NCBI GenBank assembly: GCA_009914755.4
Contig: CP068257.2
Coordinates: forward strand, 26,720,001-26,784,000
Direction of reading: 5' to 3'
DNA: 64,000 nucleotides
Source: the human T2T-CHM13v2.0 reference genome, Homo sapiens
The notes beneath the pieces were generated by a model. It did not search any database, had not been told where the DNA came from, and saw only the letters and a program-made list of their open reading frames with translations. How positions within the stretch are numbered: position 1 is the stretch's first letter; every line of letters starts with the position of its first letter. Positions 15,186-28,775 of the stretch are shown here, one piece after another. A program made the translations under genes and the position numbers.

Positions 15186-18100
15186 ATTTTTTTAAATTTC
15201 AATAGCTTTTGGGGTACAAGTGGTTTTCATTACATGGATGAAATTTTTAGTGGTGAATTCTGAGATTGTAGTTCACCCATCACCAAGTAGGGTAGACTGT
15301 AGCTAATGTGAAGTTATTTATCCCTATTACCCCTCTTAGTCTCTAAAATCCATCATATCACTCTGTATGCCTCTGCATGCTCATAGCTTACTTCCCACTT
15401 ATAAGTGAGAAAATACAATATTTTGGTTTCTACTCCTGTGTTACTTCATTTAGAATAATGGCCTCCAGCTCCATTGAAGTTGCTGCAAAAGACATTATTT
15501 CATTTCTTTTAATGGCTGAGTGGTAGTTCATGTGTGTATATAACACATTTTTTTATCCACTCATTAGTCAATGGGCACTTAACTTGGTTCCACATCTTTG
15601 TAATTGTGAATTGTGCTGCATTTGCAAATGTCTTTTTCATATAATGACTTCTTTTCCTTTGAGTAGATACTCAGTAGTGGGATTGCTGGATTGAATGGTA
15701 GATCTACTTATAGCTCTTTAAGGAATCTCCATGCTGTTTTCCATAAAGGTTGTACTAATTTACACTCCCACCAGCAGTTTGTAAGTATTCGCTTTTTCCC
15801 ACATCCATGGCAACATCCATTGCTTTTTGACTGTTTAATAATCGCCTTACTTGCAGGAATAAGGTGGTATCTCACTGTAGTTTTAATTTGCATTTCCCTA
15901 ATGATTAGTGATGTTGAGCTTTTTTTTCATATGTTTGTTGGTAATTTGTGTATCTTCTTTCAAGAAATGTCTATTCATTTCCTATGCTCACTTTTCAAAG
16001 GAATTATTTGATTTTTTTCTTGGTGTTTGAGTTCCTTACAGATTCTGGATACTAGTTCTTTGTCAGATGCATAGATTGCAAATATTTTCTCGTATTCTGT
16101 GGGTTATCTGTTTACTCTGGTGAGTATTTCTTCTGCTGTGCAGAAGATTTTTCATTTAATTATCTCTCATTTATTTCTTTTTGTTTTTGTTGCATTTACT
16201 TTGGGGGGTTTAGTCATGAATTCTTTACCTAGGCTGACATCTAAAATAGTTTTTCTAACATTGTCTTCTAGAAATTTTATGGTTTCAAACCTTACATTTA
16301 AGTCTTTGATCCATCTTAAATTTTTTTATATGGTGAGAAATAAGGATACAGTTTTATTCTTCTATGTGTGGCTTGCCAGTTATCCCAGCACCATTTATTA
16401 AATGGAGCGTCCCTTCTCCAATTTGTGTTTTCATATGCTTTGTCAGAGATCAATTGGTTGTATGTATTTGGCTTTATTTCTCCATTATCTATTCTGTTCC
16501 ATTGTTCTATGACTCTATTTTTATACCAGTACCATTCTGTTTTGGTAACTATAGCCTTGTAATACAACTTGAAGTCAGATAATGTGATGCCTCCAGATTT
16601 GTACTTATTGCTTTTGATTGTTTTGGTTATTCTGGCTCTTTTTTCATTTCATATAAATTTTAGGATTTTCTAATTCTGTGGCTACTAATGTTGGTATTTT
16701 GATGGGAATTGCATTAAATCTGTAAATTGCTTTGGGTAGTATGGCCATTTTCACAACACTGTTTCTTCCAATCCATGAGCATGGAATGCCATTCCATCTG
16801 TTTGTGCCATCTGTGATTTCTTTCAGTATTTTTTTTTAGCTCTCTTCTTAGAGATCTTTCACCTGTTTGGCTATTTCTAGGTATTTTATACTCTCTACAG
16901 CTGTAGTAAAATTTATTGAGTTCTTGATTTTATTCCCAGCTGGGTTGTTGTTGATATATAGCAGTGTTACTAATTTGTGTACGTTGATTGTGTAACCTGA
17001 GACTTTATTAAATTTGTTTTTCAAATCTAAGAATCTTTTGGAGGAGTCTTTAGAATTTTCTAGATGTACTACACTCATATCGTCTATAAATGGCAGTAGT
17101 TTGACTTTCTCTTTTTCAATTTGGATGCCCCATATTTTTTTCTTGTTTAATTGCTCTTTTTAGTACTTCCAGAACTATGTTGAATAGAAATGGTAAAAGT
17201 GGGTATTTTTGTCTTTTCTGGTCTCAGAGACCAGAATTTCTCAGAGAAAATGCTTTCAACTTTTCCCATTCAGTATGATGTTGACTGTGGGTTTGTCATA
17301 TATGGATTTTATTATTTTAAGATAGGTTCTTTCTATGTCTAGTTTGTCGAGAGTTTTTTTTTTTCATAAAGGAGAGCTAAAATTTGTCAGTCACTTCTGC
17401 ATCCATTGAGATGATCATATGGTTTTTGTTTTTAATTCTGATGATGTGATGTATCACATTTTTTAACTTGCATATATTAAACCACCTCTGCATCCCTTGG
17501 ACATAACCCACTAGATGATTTTGAATTATCTTTTTGATGTACTGCTGGATTCAGTTAGCTAATATTTTGTTGAGGTTGTTTGCCTCTATGTTCACCACAG
17601 AAATTGGTCTGTAGTTTTCTTTATTTTATTTTTTGTGTCATTCCTGGTTTTAGTAACAGAGTGACATTAGCTTCATAAAATGGTTTAGGGATGATGTCTT
17701 CTTTCTCAATCTTTTGGAATAGTTTCAGTAGGATTGCTACTAATTCTTTAAATGTCTGGTAGAATTCACCTGTGAATTTATCTGGTCCTGGGCTTTTATT
17801 AATCGGCAATTTTTAAATTACTGGCTCAAGCTTGCTGCCTCTTATTGATCTGTTCAAAGTTTCTGTTTATTCCTGATTTAATCTGAGAGGGTTGTATATT
17901 TCCAGGAATTTGTCCATTTACTCTAGGTTTTCTAGTTTGTATGAAAAAAGGTGTTCCATAGTGGTCTCAAATGATCTTTTGTATTTCTGTGGTGTTGATT
18001 GTAATGTCTCCAGTTTCACTTCCAATTGAGTTTATTTGGATCTTCTCTGTTCTTTTCATTGTTAATTTAGCTAATTGTCTATCACATTTGTTTATTTTTT

Positions 18101-18350
18101 CAAAAACACAGTTTTTTCTTTCATGGCTTTTTTGGGTTTTTTTTTAATTGTTGTTTGAATTTCATTTAGTTCTGCTGTGATCCTTGTTATTTCTTTTCTT
18201 CTTCTAGTTTTGTTTTCATTTGTTTTTGTTTCTCCAGTTCCTTGAGGATGACATTAGGTTGCCAATTTGTGTTCTTTCAGACTTTTTGAGGTAGGCATTT
18301 AGCACTATAAACTTTCCTCTTGGCAGTGCTTTTGCTGTATCCCAAAGGTT
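15186..18350 (-). mobile_element. LINE-1 (L1PA-type), 3' end intact, 5'-truncated within ORF2
   Basis: Poly-T then antisense L1 3' end ('ttttggggtacaagtgg...tcccacttataagtgagaaaatac...'). Minus ORFs 15708-15893 (MQIKTTVRYHLIP...CWWECKLVQPLWK), 16316-16567, 16848-17078 and 17621-17809 ([14 protein letters not shown]) all match ORF2p in collinear order. Similarity ends ~18350. Confidence 0.85.
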
Positions 18351-19552
18351 TTGATGCCTATGATGGTGGACAAGGTGGGAAAGACTTCCTCTTCTTAAGA
18401 CCCTTCACATGCACCAGGGCTTTCTAACTGTTGGGGTAGAGCTGAAGACTTTTCCTGCTCAACCCAGCACTTTAACTGTGCCACTGCTGAAAGAAGCTTT
18501 CCACCAGCAGAAAGACCTAGTGCTCAAGGCCTGCCACTCAGATTATTTTGTCCCACATGGTGTTCCCTTCATGTGGTGCACTCCTCCCTCCTCTAGAGTA
18601 CTGTGAGTGTTGTTGCTCCTCTGGGTCTAGCTACCCAGTGAAGCTGCAACACTCCAGGCTGGTGCTGGGGAATGTTTGCAAGGGGTCCAGTGATGTGACC
18701 TGTCTGAGGCAATATCTTTTGTGTATGTGGGGTTTCTGGTGTTTTGAAATAGTTCTACAATGAACACTTGTTAGTTTTGTCATCAGAAATAAATTCTTTC
18801 AGTGTAGTGCAAGTAAGTTCTATGTTTTCAGGCATTTCCTCAGCCTCTGTCTGCAAGTTAATCTAAAAATGTGAAGGATGTTTGTATTGGCAGATTGAGA
18901 TGTGAATTGTGCATACAAAGGTAGGAAAAGGTAGAAATTATGTTAATCCAAATGTCTTTGTGGAAAAGTAATAACCTGTGGCATGAGACATGCCTTCAAA
19001 GTTAATTAGGTAATTATTAGCCTAAAGAAGCAAAAGGTCAAAGTTGAATAGTTTTAGCGATAAAGCTTAAAAGATTCATTAACAGAAAATGAACACAGGA
19101 AGTTCCAGAACTAACTATGAATCCCTGGTTCTTATAACTAAAAAGGTCATCTTCTGATCGTTTAACTAATGTTCCTCCATCCAAAATAATGAGGAAGACA
19201 ATTTTGCTCTGCTCCCCAACGCATGTAAATAACATAATGTCAGAGTGAAGAGGTTAAAAATTAACATTTTCTAGTTGCATTTAGTGAAAATGTTTAATTT
19301 TCAAAATCAGTGAAACAAAGGTAGAATGCATAAGAATTTGAAACCAATTGGAAAGGAGAGTTCTGTCAAAGTCAATACTGAATCCTCTGGTTGACTGAAG
19401 AATGGTAGTGCCGATAACAAAAATTCATAATAGCATTTCAGAGACAGAAAGAGAGAGAGAAGTGCCACAAGGCAGAGACCGTTTCAAGAGAAGAAACGCT
19501 GACTTTTGTTTGGTTTGTGTTAAGAATGCCCACATAGAAATACACAAAAGGT

Positions 19553-19586
19553 GGCCAGGTTCGGTGGCTCACCCCTGTAATCCCAG
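19553..19586 (+). mobile_element. Alu 5' fragment (left part of an Alu split by an LTR insertion)
   Basis: 'ggccaggttcggtggctcacccctgtaatcccag' equals Alu positions ~1-34. Confidence 0.8.
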
Positions 19587-19985
19587 TGAGGCATGAGAAT
19601 AGGGTTTGGAGACAGGGAACATAAGGACTTCCTAGAACTAAATCACATGGAAACATTACAGCTATGACAGGAAATATCCTCTCCATTTATGTAGGGAATA
19701 GGCCAAATACATGACTTTGTAACTTTACTTCATCCTCTTCATTTACATAGGGTGTACACCAAGTAACCAATGGAAACATCTAGAGGGTATTTAAACCCCC
19801 AAAAAAAATCTGTAACAGGGCCCTTGAGCCCGTATTCTGAGGCCTGCTCCCACACTGTGGAGTGTACTTTCATTTTCAATAAATCTCTGCTTTTGTTGCT
19901 TCATTCTTTGCTTGCTTTGTTTGTGCGTTTTGTCCAATTCTTTGTTCAAGACACCAAGAACCTGGACACCCTCCAGTGGTTAACA
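19587..19985 (+). mobile_element. Solo LTR, ERV1-type (MER41-like?), inserted into an Alu
   Basis: ~400 bp bounded by TG...CA, containing CCAAT ('aaccaatgg'), TATA-like 'tatttaaacc', polyadenylation signal 'caataaatctctgc' and a U5-like end 'ccagtggttaaca'. It sits exactly between Alu position ~34 and ~35. The family assignment is tentative. Confidence 0.55.
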
Positions 19986-20273
<288 letters not shown>

Positions 20274-20699
20274 TTAGAATTTACAGGAACTATTCAAGCA
20301 GGTAAGAACAAGTTGGATATCATCCACAGCAACCTGATCACTGAAGCAATGCCCTAAACTTCTACAGATTCATGAAAACTAATAGATCACAGATAGGGAG
20401 GGAGTAGCAGCAGAATTCAGAGAGCTTGTTGAGACAGATGCAGGGGGAAAGAATTTTAGGGAATAGAATTTGAAAGAGGAAAAAAGTAAACAAAAAATGA
20501 GAAAAAATATTTTGGAAAAACAATACGTAAGAGATACAGCACAAGTTAGTAGAAGAGCTGATCAAGATAGCTTTATTGCCCCTGGAAAACATCTGAAACC
20601 ACAAAAAAAAAGGAGCAGAGAAATATATTTTTTAAATTGTGACATTATCCAAGACTGGATCTTGAGTGAAGAGCAGTAAAATATTAAGGAGGCTGCTTT

Positions 20700-21050
20700 A
20701 TGTTGTAGAAAATACATAGATTTTGGAAGCAAATATACCTGTGTTTGAATATTGACCTGGAAGACTTTGAATCTTGAAACTCTTTGAGCTTCATCGTTCT
20801 TTCTGTGTAAATTAGAGAGGACTATACTTAGGTCACACAATTATTTTGAAAAGTTCAATGAATACAAACACATAAAATTCAAAGCATGACGCAGGACACA
20901 TAGTTGTCATTCAATAAATGTTACCTCCCTTCAAGGATATAGGTGCTATTATTAACCATAAATTACAGATAAAGAAACTATTTATAACATACAGTGCTTG
21001 TTCATTCAACTGATACTTACTGAGCCTCTGCTATGTGGCAACGTATGGTT
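20700..21050. mobile_element. MIR-like SINE fragments (ancient)
   Basis: Motifs 'attcaataaatgtt', 'ccataaattacagataaagaaact', 'cattcaactgatacttactgagcctctgctatgtgg' resemble the MIR core and 3' region. Confidence 0.35.
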
Positions 21051-21179
21051 GAATTGCAAGGCAAATGATCCTACACAATCTTCTGGCAAGGAAAGGCAAA
21101 TAATAAACAAAAAAGTAAATACAGATATCATATAAAGATGAGTGCAATTCAGAAAAAAAACAGCATGGTTTTATAAAGG

Positions 21180-22330
21180 TATCTGGGTGGCTAGCTTAGG
21201 TTAGGTTGTCAAAATGCTTCACCAAAGAGGTAGGAAGAAGGAATCAGGCAGCCATGTGAAGATTAAGATGAGGGCTATTCCAGGAAAGGTCAACAGCCAG
21301 AGTAAAGGACTTAGGAAGAGTATGACACAACTGGCACATCCAAGGAACCCAAGGCATGTTTAGTCCAGCCAAGGGTTTTCAGTGGGTGAGGGGAAGAGTG
21401 GTACCAGGGAAGTCAGAGTGGCCAGATCACATAGGGCTTGGTAAGCCAGACAAAGTAGCATGGGTGTTAGTCCACATGAAATTGGGCAGCATTGGAGTGC
21501 TGTAAGCAGGCCACTAAAATAATCTGATTTTGTATTTTTCAAAGATCCCTCTGACTACTGGGTGAAGAAAAGACTGCTAAGGGCTAAAAGCCAAAGGAGG
21601 ACACACATCAGGAGGTCATTGTGTTCATGTTTAGAGGAGAAACAAGGACTACTTAAGCAAAAGAAGTAGGGCTGCAGAGGAGCAGGGGAAGACACATCTT
21701 TGGGGTATGCTTAACAGAACCTGCCACCATATTAGATGTGTGGGAAAGATAAGTATCAAGGGTAACACTTGGATTATTGTTGGGTACAAGTGACTGCAGG
21801 GGTGCCAATTGACCAGATCAGAAAGCAGAAAGTTGGGGGGCAGAGAGGAGAGGACAAATGGGTGGAGAGAAGATGCTAGATACGCAGTTGGATGAATATA
21901 CCTTGAAAAGTTTTGAGGAGATTCAGAAACAGCAATTTAGAACAAATTTCAAACCATAGGATGGAATGAGAACTCTGAGGGAGAGTATACAAAACTGGGA
22001 GAGAAGAAATCCCAGCATTCCCCCAGGGCATGTCACCCTTTCAAGATCACACAAAAAAGGAATAGGAAACTGTGAAAGAGGAGAAGAATAGATAAGTAAA
22101 GCAGAAGGAAATTCAGAAAAGTGTAGAATCAGGCAAGCCAGGAGAGGAAGATGTTTCAACAAAGGGGCCATTCTATTCAGTGCTGAGATAATAAAGTATC
22201 TATAATAATTCAAAAGGTGAGTCCATTGAATTTGAAAGCATAGAAGTTATGGATGACCTTGATAAGAAGAATTTTTGTGAAAGGATGAGAACTGGAGGCC
22301 AAATAAGATTTTGTATCATTTTCCTACATA
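21180..22330. other. Possible ancient interspersed repeat (old LINE 3'-end-like), unclassified
   Basis: Moderately GC-rich with phrases typical of old mammalian-wide repeats ('ggccactaaaataatctgattttgtatttttcaaagatccctctgactactgggtg', 'gtgagtccattgaatttgaaag...gaactggaggccaaataagattttgtatcatt'). No ORF. Confidence 0.25.
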
Positions 22331-23017
22331 GCAACATAGCCTAGGCATGCCCCCCCCATATTAAATGTCAGCAAAGGAATGACTTAAAATACTGTATTTA
22401 TTTTCTTTATACAATTATGTTTAAATGTTTTTCATGCATAATTTTGTTTAATCAAAAATGTTTATATTCTACTTTAAATCTTTTTCTTTTCCTTATTTTT
22501 TCTACCTTTCATTCAATATCAGCTCTCCTCTGCCACAAGGTAGTCCACATTGCAATGCAGTAGTGATCTTCAATATTTTCCCTGTGCCTAGTCTTATTTA
22601 TGTACATAGATGCATACTTGTATACAGATATATAGGGCCTGGATTTTTGTCCATATATTGTTTTACCTAAATTGAATCATACCATAAATACTTTCTGAAT
22701 CTTGCTTTCCACTCACCTATATCTCACAGAAACCCTGAGTCAACTGGTATAGCTTAAATCCATTCTTTTTTAACGGTTGGGTTATATTCTAGATGTGAGT
22801 TTGCTATAGTTAAACTTCCCTCTATAGACTAGCATTTACTTTGTTTTCAATCAAACACATGATGATTAATGGTGCCAAACTACATCAAAACTTTATTAGC
22901 ATTATAATTCCCTTTATTTGAATGTTTATGTCTTTAGCACATTTTTATTTTTATTTTAAAAAATGCCTGTGAATATTCACACATAAATCTTTCACATATC
23001 TCTAATTCTTTTCTTAG

Positions 23018-23266
23018 GATAGATGCTTAGATATAAAGATGAAAGGCTTGGGTATAAAAAACATTTTAAGAAATCTTGACAATGGTGCTAAATATCTTTC
23101 TAGAAAAGTAGAAATTTGTATTCTTACAGAAGATGAGAGTGTTAAGACCACTGTTCCACGCCGTCAGAACTCATCTGAGCATTATCTGAAGCAACTATGC
23201 CGTCACTTGGGGAAGATGCCTCATAACCCTAACAGAGGCCTGACTGAAGTGCGAACGCTGATCTAA
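23018..23266 (+). other. Candidate terminal exon / short ORF (83 codons incl. 76-aa Met-initiated ORF), unverified
   Basis: An acceptor-like 'ttttcttag|GAT' sits immediately upstream. The ORF ends TAA at 23264-23266, with 'caataaatg' (AATAAA) ~70 nt downstream at ~23337. I do not recognise the protein sequence. Confidence 0.15.
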
Positions 23267-24934
23267 ACAAAGCAGTCAGGAACACGCTGGCTAGGATTCT
23301 CCTGACCTCTTCTTTTGTTGCCATAGTTACCTTTATCAATAAATGTCCAAAGATGTAACCGAGGCATTGTTGTCATAGTTCATTGGATGGCAACAAACTG
23401 TTATTGAATAAATTAGTGTCCCAATTAAGAGTCTTTCCTATTTTTCAGCACCTTTCCAATCTGTAACAGGTATTTCCTTTCAAAACACTGACAGAGTGAA
23501 ATAATGTGAACTTCGGTTAGAAATGAGAATTCTTGGTGTCAATTTAAAATCTTGACACCCAGGAGAATGAAAATTGTGATTTCTACTAATTATCCCATGA
23601 GGTTTTGCTAAAAAAGCATCTGTTTTCTAGCCCTGCACCTTGTATCCTAACCAAAATATAATTGTCCATGATTAAAGCACGGTTGTCTGCCTTCCTGAAT
23701 CTTGGGCATCGGAAGTCAGCTTTCTGCTGCTAAATCTCCTTTTGGGACAGCTCTCTAGAAGAACTCTGTAGAAAAGTTTGTGTTGCAGAGTTTTGCATGG
23801 AGTTAACTAGCAGACATTAAAAACACAGGATAAACTCTGTTGAGTCAGGCACTTTTGACTTTCTGATAATTTTTCAATCTTTCCCCTGAAAATCAGGAGA
23901 TCTGGAAGGTTTTCTTTCATATGGAAAATACTAAAGTGCTTAAAAGAAACAGAACACATTTGCATATGTAACACAATTCCTTATTTGAACCAGATTTATT
24001 TAATAATCACAATCTAATTTTAGATAGTTTCTGTTTTCCAGAAAATGCAAGCTAGAGATCATTAGAGCAATTAGTACAAGATAAACTTTAGAATATTGCA
24101 TTTGGCCAGACCAGATGTAAAATCATTAGGGAATAAACATAACCATGCTTCATAGAAGCCCACTATTCAGACATTAGATGAGTTTTAGATCCGATGACAT
24201 AATGACAGGCCTCATTTAAAAAGACTAATAACTTAGTGAAAACCATGTGTATTTCTACAACACTATTTGCATTTTACTAATTTAATCTCACGCATTCACT
24301 GAGGGTACTGACATTTTAGCCAGTGTGAGCATGAGAAGCAGGTGACTCATGTATGATCTAAATGCACCACATCAAGATGACTAGTTGAGTTGTATTCAGA
24401 AGGGCTGAAATAATGTGTTATTATCCAAAACACCATAGTTATATAAAAACAGGCAGCATAGCAGATACCTGAAAAAATGTTTTTTTTGGATGAATAAGGG
24501 AAAAATGTTAACATTTTACAGTTTATAAGTTGCCTTCATTCCCATTTCTTGAGTACCTGTCATTACTAGGCAATGAACTAGTTTTTGAGATGCCATGATA
24601 GATAAGATAGAGTATCTCTTTTTAGAAGCTAGCTTAATTCTAAACCCTGTAATCCAGGAATCATAAGTATTATTAAGCCATTTGTACAAGAGCTGAAAAG
24701 CAGTTAAATATGATCAAATGAATTGTCCAAGTCACAGAGTGCTAAGTGGGAACATTAGGACCAATATTCAGGCTTTGCAACTCAGTCCAGTGTGCTTTTT
24801 ACTATCTTTTTCTAACCATCTTCCAAATTACTGTTTCTTTTTATGACGTCAACTCCAGCTGACTTAATTGCAACCCTGGAAACAACTTTTCCAAGTGCTC
24901 TTTTCATACTCTTTGGTGATTCGTTCATCCATAT

Positions 24935-25015
24935 ATTTGTGTATATGTGTGTGTATGTATCTATGTGTGTTTGTGTGTGGGTGTGTGAGTGTGTGTGCTG
25001 TGTGTGGGTACATAG
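24935..25015. repeat. Imperfect (TG)n-rich microsatellite
   Basis: 'gtgtatatgtgtgtgtatgtatctatgtgtgtttgtgtgtgggtgtgtgagtgtgtgtgctgtgtgtggg'. Confidence 0.85.
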
Positions 25016-25239
25016 CTAAGAATCTGATTCTACATAATGCTAATACAATCATTTGGGAAGATAAAAAATCCTACCACCTGTGTGTTTGGTCCATTTGAGG
25101 AAAAATAATAAGACTGACTATATTTTGTACTAATTTGCAAATTATTTAGCAAATATTTCTTTTAAGTGTTCTAACTGCAATTTGGAGACACTATATCATA
25201 ACAATTAAGAGGATGATGTTTAAAACAAGAACAGACTTG

Positions 25240-25400
25240 GGGTGGAATCCTACTTATCTCTCCCACTAGTTACTTATTCTTTTTCATTTTTTTCTCCTGT
25301 AAAATGGAGATAATGAGAACAACCTCACAAAATTGTTATAAGAACTAGACGGGCTAACACACAGAGCCTGGTTTATAACCAGCACTCAATAAACAGTAGA
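25240..25400 (+). mobile_element. MIR fragment
   Basis: 'ctcctgtaaaatggagataatga...cacagagcctggtttataaccagcactcaataaacag'. Confidence 0.55.
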
Positions 25401-25889
25401 TTTCATAATTAAAAAGGTGAGATGATCTTTGAATGTAATCACCCTAAAATCAGTACAGTGCTTTATAATCTGACTACATTTTTCTCCCAACTCACCTTAT
25501 TCACTATTTCTAGTGAAATATTTTTAGTTGTTTCAGAAGTTAAATCTGTCCAAATTATAAAAATGACAATATCATCAATGATCATATTTAAAAATAAGAC
25601 ACTGGAAGATCCAAATGCATTCAATGCCTCAGTTATTTACAGTTTGGTATATTGAGATACTGTGATGAATAATTTTTTTTAACACTACAGACACATTTAC
25701 TTTGCATCTCCCATTGCTTCTGGCAGAGCTATTAGTTGCTCAATAAACATATAGTAAACAAGATTATATAGGGTGGTTTATTTTAAGTGCATTGTGAACA
25801 TGTCAGATGGCATATTTTAAAAAGCAAACTATCCCCATGATCCAATTAGCACTAAACAATTAAGATTGACTTCCACCATAAAACTCAAA

Positions 25890-26245
25890 TTTGTCCTTTT
25901 GTAATGCTGAGTACCATTCAAAATAAGTAGAAGAAGGTTATTATCATGTTCAAAATACGTATAAAAATAACTGCATGAAATTTTCAGTTTTGCAGTATGA
26001 ATAAATTCTGGAGATCTAATGTACAGCATGGTTACTATAGCTATTAATACTGTATTACCTATTTGAAATTTGCTAAGAGATTAGATCTTAAATGTTCTCA
26101 CCAAAAAAAAAATGTAACTATATAAGGTGATATATATGTTAGTAAGCTTGATTGTGGCGATCATTTCACAATGTATATAAACAAAATATTTCACCTTAAA
26201 TATATACAATTTTTATTTGTTAATTATCCCACAATAAAGCTGGGA
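25890..26245 (+). mobile_element. LINE-1 3'-end fragment (L1PB/L1MA-like)
   Basis: 'ggagatctaatgtacagcatggttactatagctattaatactgtattacctatttgaaatttgctaagagattagatcttaaatgttctcacc...gattgtggcgatcatttcacaatgtatataaac...ttaaatatatacaatttttatttgttaattat'. Confidence 0.75.
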
Positions 26246-28334
26246 GAAATTCTAACACAAACAAAAAAAAAAAATAACTGTACATTGATTGAGAGTTTAG
26301 ATCATTCTGGAAAATCAACACAGGTTTACAAACCCAGAGCAAAAGAGAAATTCAACACTAACAAAAAAGAAAGTTGATATTCCACAGGCAGGAATTCTTA
26401 CTTAAAATGTGAAATATAACTATTACTTTTTCAAGAGGATCAAGCCCACTTGCACTGAAGCTGTGATCCCACGCCACACAAAGAGGCATAGAAAGGACCA
26501 GCAAAAACCATGGAAGGTGGAAAATGATATTGGATTATTTTCTATTAAGTAACTTACATCATTGTCTATCTTGTAGATAGTCACAAACAATGAGATGTAA
26601 AATGAAGAAAAAAATTAACATTTTTATTTTGAGGGCATTGTCAAAGAATAAGATGCTATTCCCTGAAATTGAATGATTTTCTAACCTGACACTTACCATT
26701 CCAAGGCCAAGTGTTATTACTTCCTAGCTTTTCTGATGGAAGTTTTACCAACTTAATTCAAAGTTTCTGTGGACAGTGTTTAGTTAACATGAGTTATCCT
26801 TTTATTGATGATTTGACAATGTTGTTATGAATATCAACTTATGGTTTTTCTTTATATTAAATCAGCCCTTCTCCTCTTTTGTATTCAGCTCTTTCTTCTG
26901 GTTTTTCCTTATGGAAATTATTTCTTTGGAAACCCTTTTCTATTTTTACTTTTCTGTTTCTTATCTGCTATTGATCCAAAAAATAAAACTAAGACTCTTA
27001 TAATTGTGAGTTAGGTAAAAGTAGATATACATTAAAAGCATGTTTCAATAATTTTTTCATAAAATAAAACAAAGAGTTTAATCACTTGAGAAATTGTGCC
27101 ATTTTTTGAGATGTGGAAGACTAAAGAGAAGCAAATTTGGAGAGGAAAACAACTAATTATTATTTGTTACTGGATACTTTTGTCCATTCAATATCCAAGT
27201 GGAGAAACTGACTAGTATGTTGAGTAAATCAATCTTGGATTTCACCATTGAGATGTACGCTGGAGATGTAGTTGGGGGAGTTACCAGATATTGATTGTCT
27301 ATAAAGCAATGGGACTAGGTGAGATTATTAGGGAGTGATGGTAGATATGGAGAAAAAAAGTAGATCACTGAGGCTTGAACCACTCCAACATTGAGCAATC
27401 AGGAAGAGGAATGGAATTCACAAATGAAACTGAAAGAAGAACCCTTGAGATAGGAGAATAACCAAGGGGATGGGCTTTAAAAGCTAAGTGAAGGAAATGT
27501 TTCAAAAGAAGTGAGTGTTTGATCAACTGTGGAGTAAGATCAAGATTGAAAACTGACTATTGGATTTGACAACATGGAGGTCATCAGGCCTTACTCAGGA
27601 CAATTTGGGTAGAAGTTTGGAGAAAAAAAAACCAACCAAACTAATGTAGGCTTGAGAGAAAGGGAGAAAAAGAAACAGAGTTGGTGAGAAAATATAACCA
27701 CTGTCAAGACTTTTTTTCAAAAAAAATTAAAAGCTGAGAAATGTGCCCAATAACTGGACAGAAAAGTAGAACCAAGGAAGGACTTTTTTTAAAAACATGG
27801 AAGATTCCAGAATGTTTGTATATAGAAGAAAATGCCCAGAAGAGAGGAAATATTGATGATACAGGAAAAAGAAAATATCATTTTATATGAGGAGTGAAGA
27901 AATTAAGATGTCAAGGATGACGTCTAAGTTTCTGGCTTGTGTACCTTAATGAATAGTGAAAATCTTTACCAAATCAGAAAATAGTGGAAAATTACGTTTA
28001 TAAGAAAGATCATTAGTTCATTTTGTAACATATGTTAAGTTGCAGGAGTTGTGAGTTATCTAAAAGACACAAATAGGCAGTATGGCTCCTAGAAGATAAA
28101 TTAGATCTAAAGAAATAAACTTTAAGACAACTGGACATGATAATAATTTAAGCCAAGGGTGAAGGCAAGATCTCCAAGGTCCTCTTAATTTTTTGTGGTT
28201 AAAGGATCTCCTATATCCATGAACTTATCACCCTAATTTGTGAAATAAAGAAACCATATTTTAAGGACCTGTTTTATATGTTCTGTACAGGATATTACCA
28301 TGTGTGATGAATGTTTTAAATACTGTGAGTTTGT

Positions 28335-28460
28335 AAAGTTAATGTTATTTTATAGATGAAGAAACAGAAGTTTAGAGAAACTTTGCCCATGAAAAGTTCA
28401 AAATGGTAGAGATGGAGTTGAATCTAGGCTTATCACAACCCCAATGCCTGTTCTGTCTTT
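28335..28460 (-). mobile_element. MIR fragment
   Basis: Antisense MIR core 'tattttatagatgaagaaacagaagtttagagaaac...gagttgaatctaggcttatc'. Confidence 0.55.
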
Positions 28461-28679
28461 CAGCTACATGAGTTGGGATGTTTTATGATCCCCTCTGACC
28501 ATTATAGTTACTTCTTAATAGGTTTTCTGATTTTCTAGCACCTTATCTCCATTCCTAAGCTTTTTTGTGGATAAGAATCACTTCCAGAGTATTGCCCTCC
28601 CCAGACAAACCAATAGTGTACACAATCTGCACATTTAATAAGCATCCTCAAGTGATTCTGATGCAAGTAGGCTGTGAAT

Positions 28680-28775
28680 CTACAATGTAAAAGGTTAACA
28701 ACGTAAACAATTTACATGCAACAATGTAAAAGGTTACAATGTAAAAGGATAACAATGTAAAAGGTTTGCTCTACT
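28680..28775. repeat. Tandem repeat, ~16-bp unit 'acaatgtaaaaggtta' x ~5
   Basis: 'tacaatgtaaaaggttaacaacgtaaacaatttacatgcaacaatgtaaaaggttacaatgtaaaaggataacaatgtaaaaggtttg'. Confidence 0.85.

Noticed and set aside
18350-19550. Possible continuation of L1 #3 or a distinct element (GC-moderate, several short ORFs)
   Set aside because: L1 similarity stops at ~18350 and I could not match the downstream sequence to any family from memory. I left it unannotated rather than guess.
19587-19700. Alternative LTR start at ~19686 ('tgtagggaataggccaa') rather than 19587
   Set aside because: The 100 bp between 19587 and 19686 contains an imperfect internal repeat ('ccatttatgtagggaatagg' / 'tcatttacatagggtgtaca') and could be U3-internal. 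I cannot resolve the exact LTR 5' boundary without a consensus. I kept the wider interval because it abuts the Alu break precisely.
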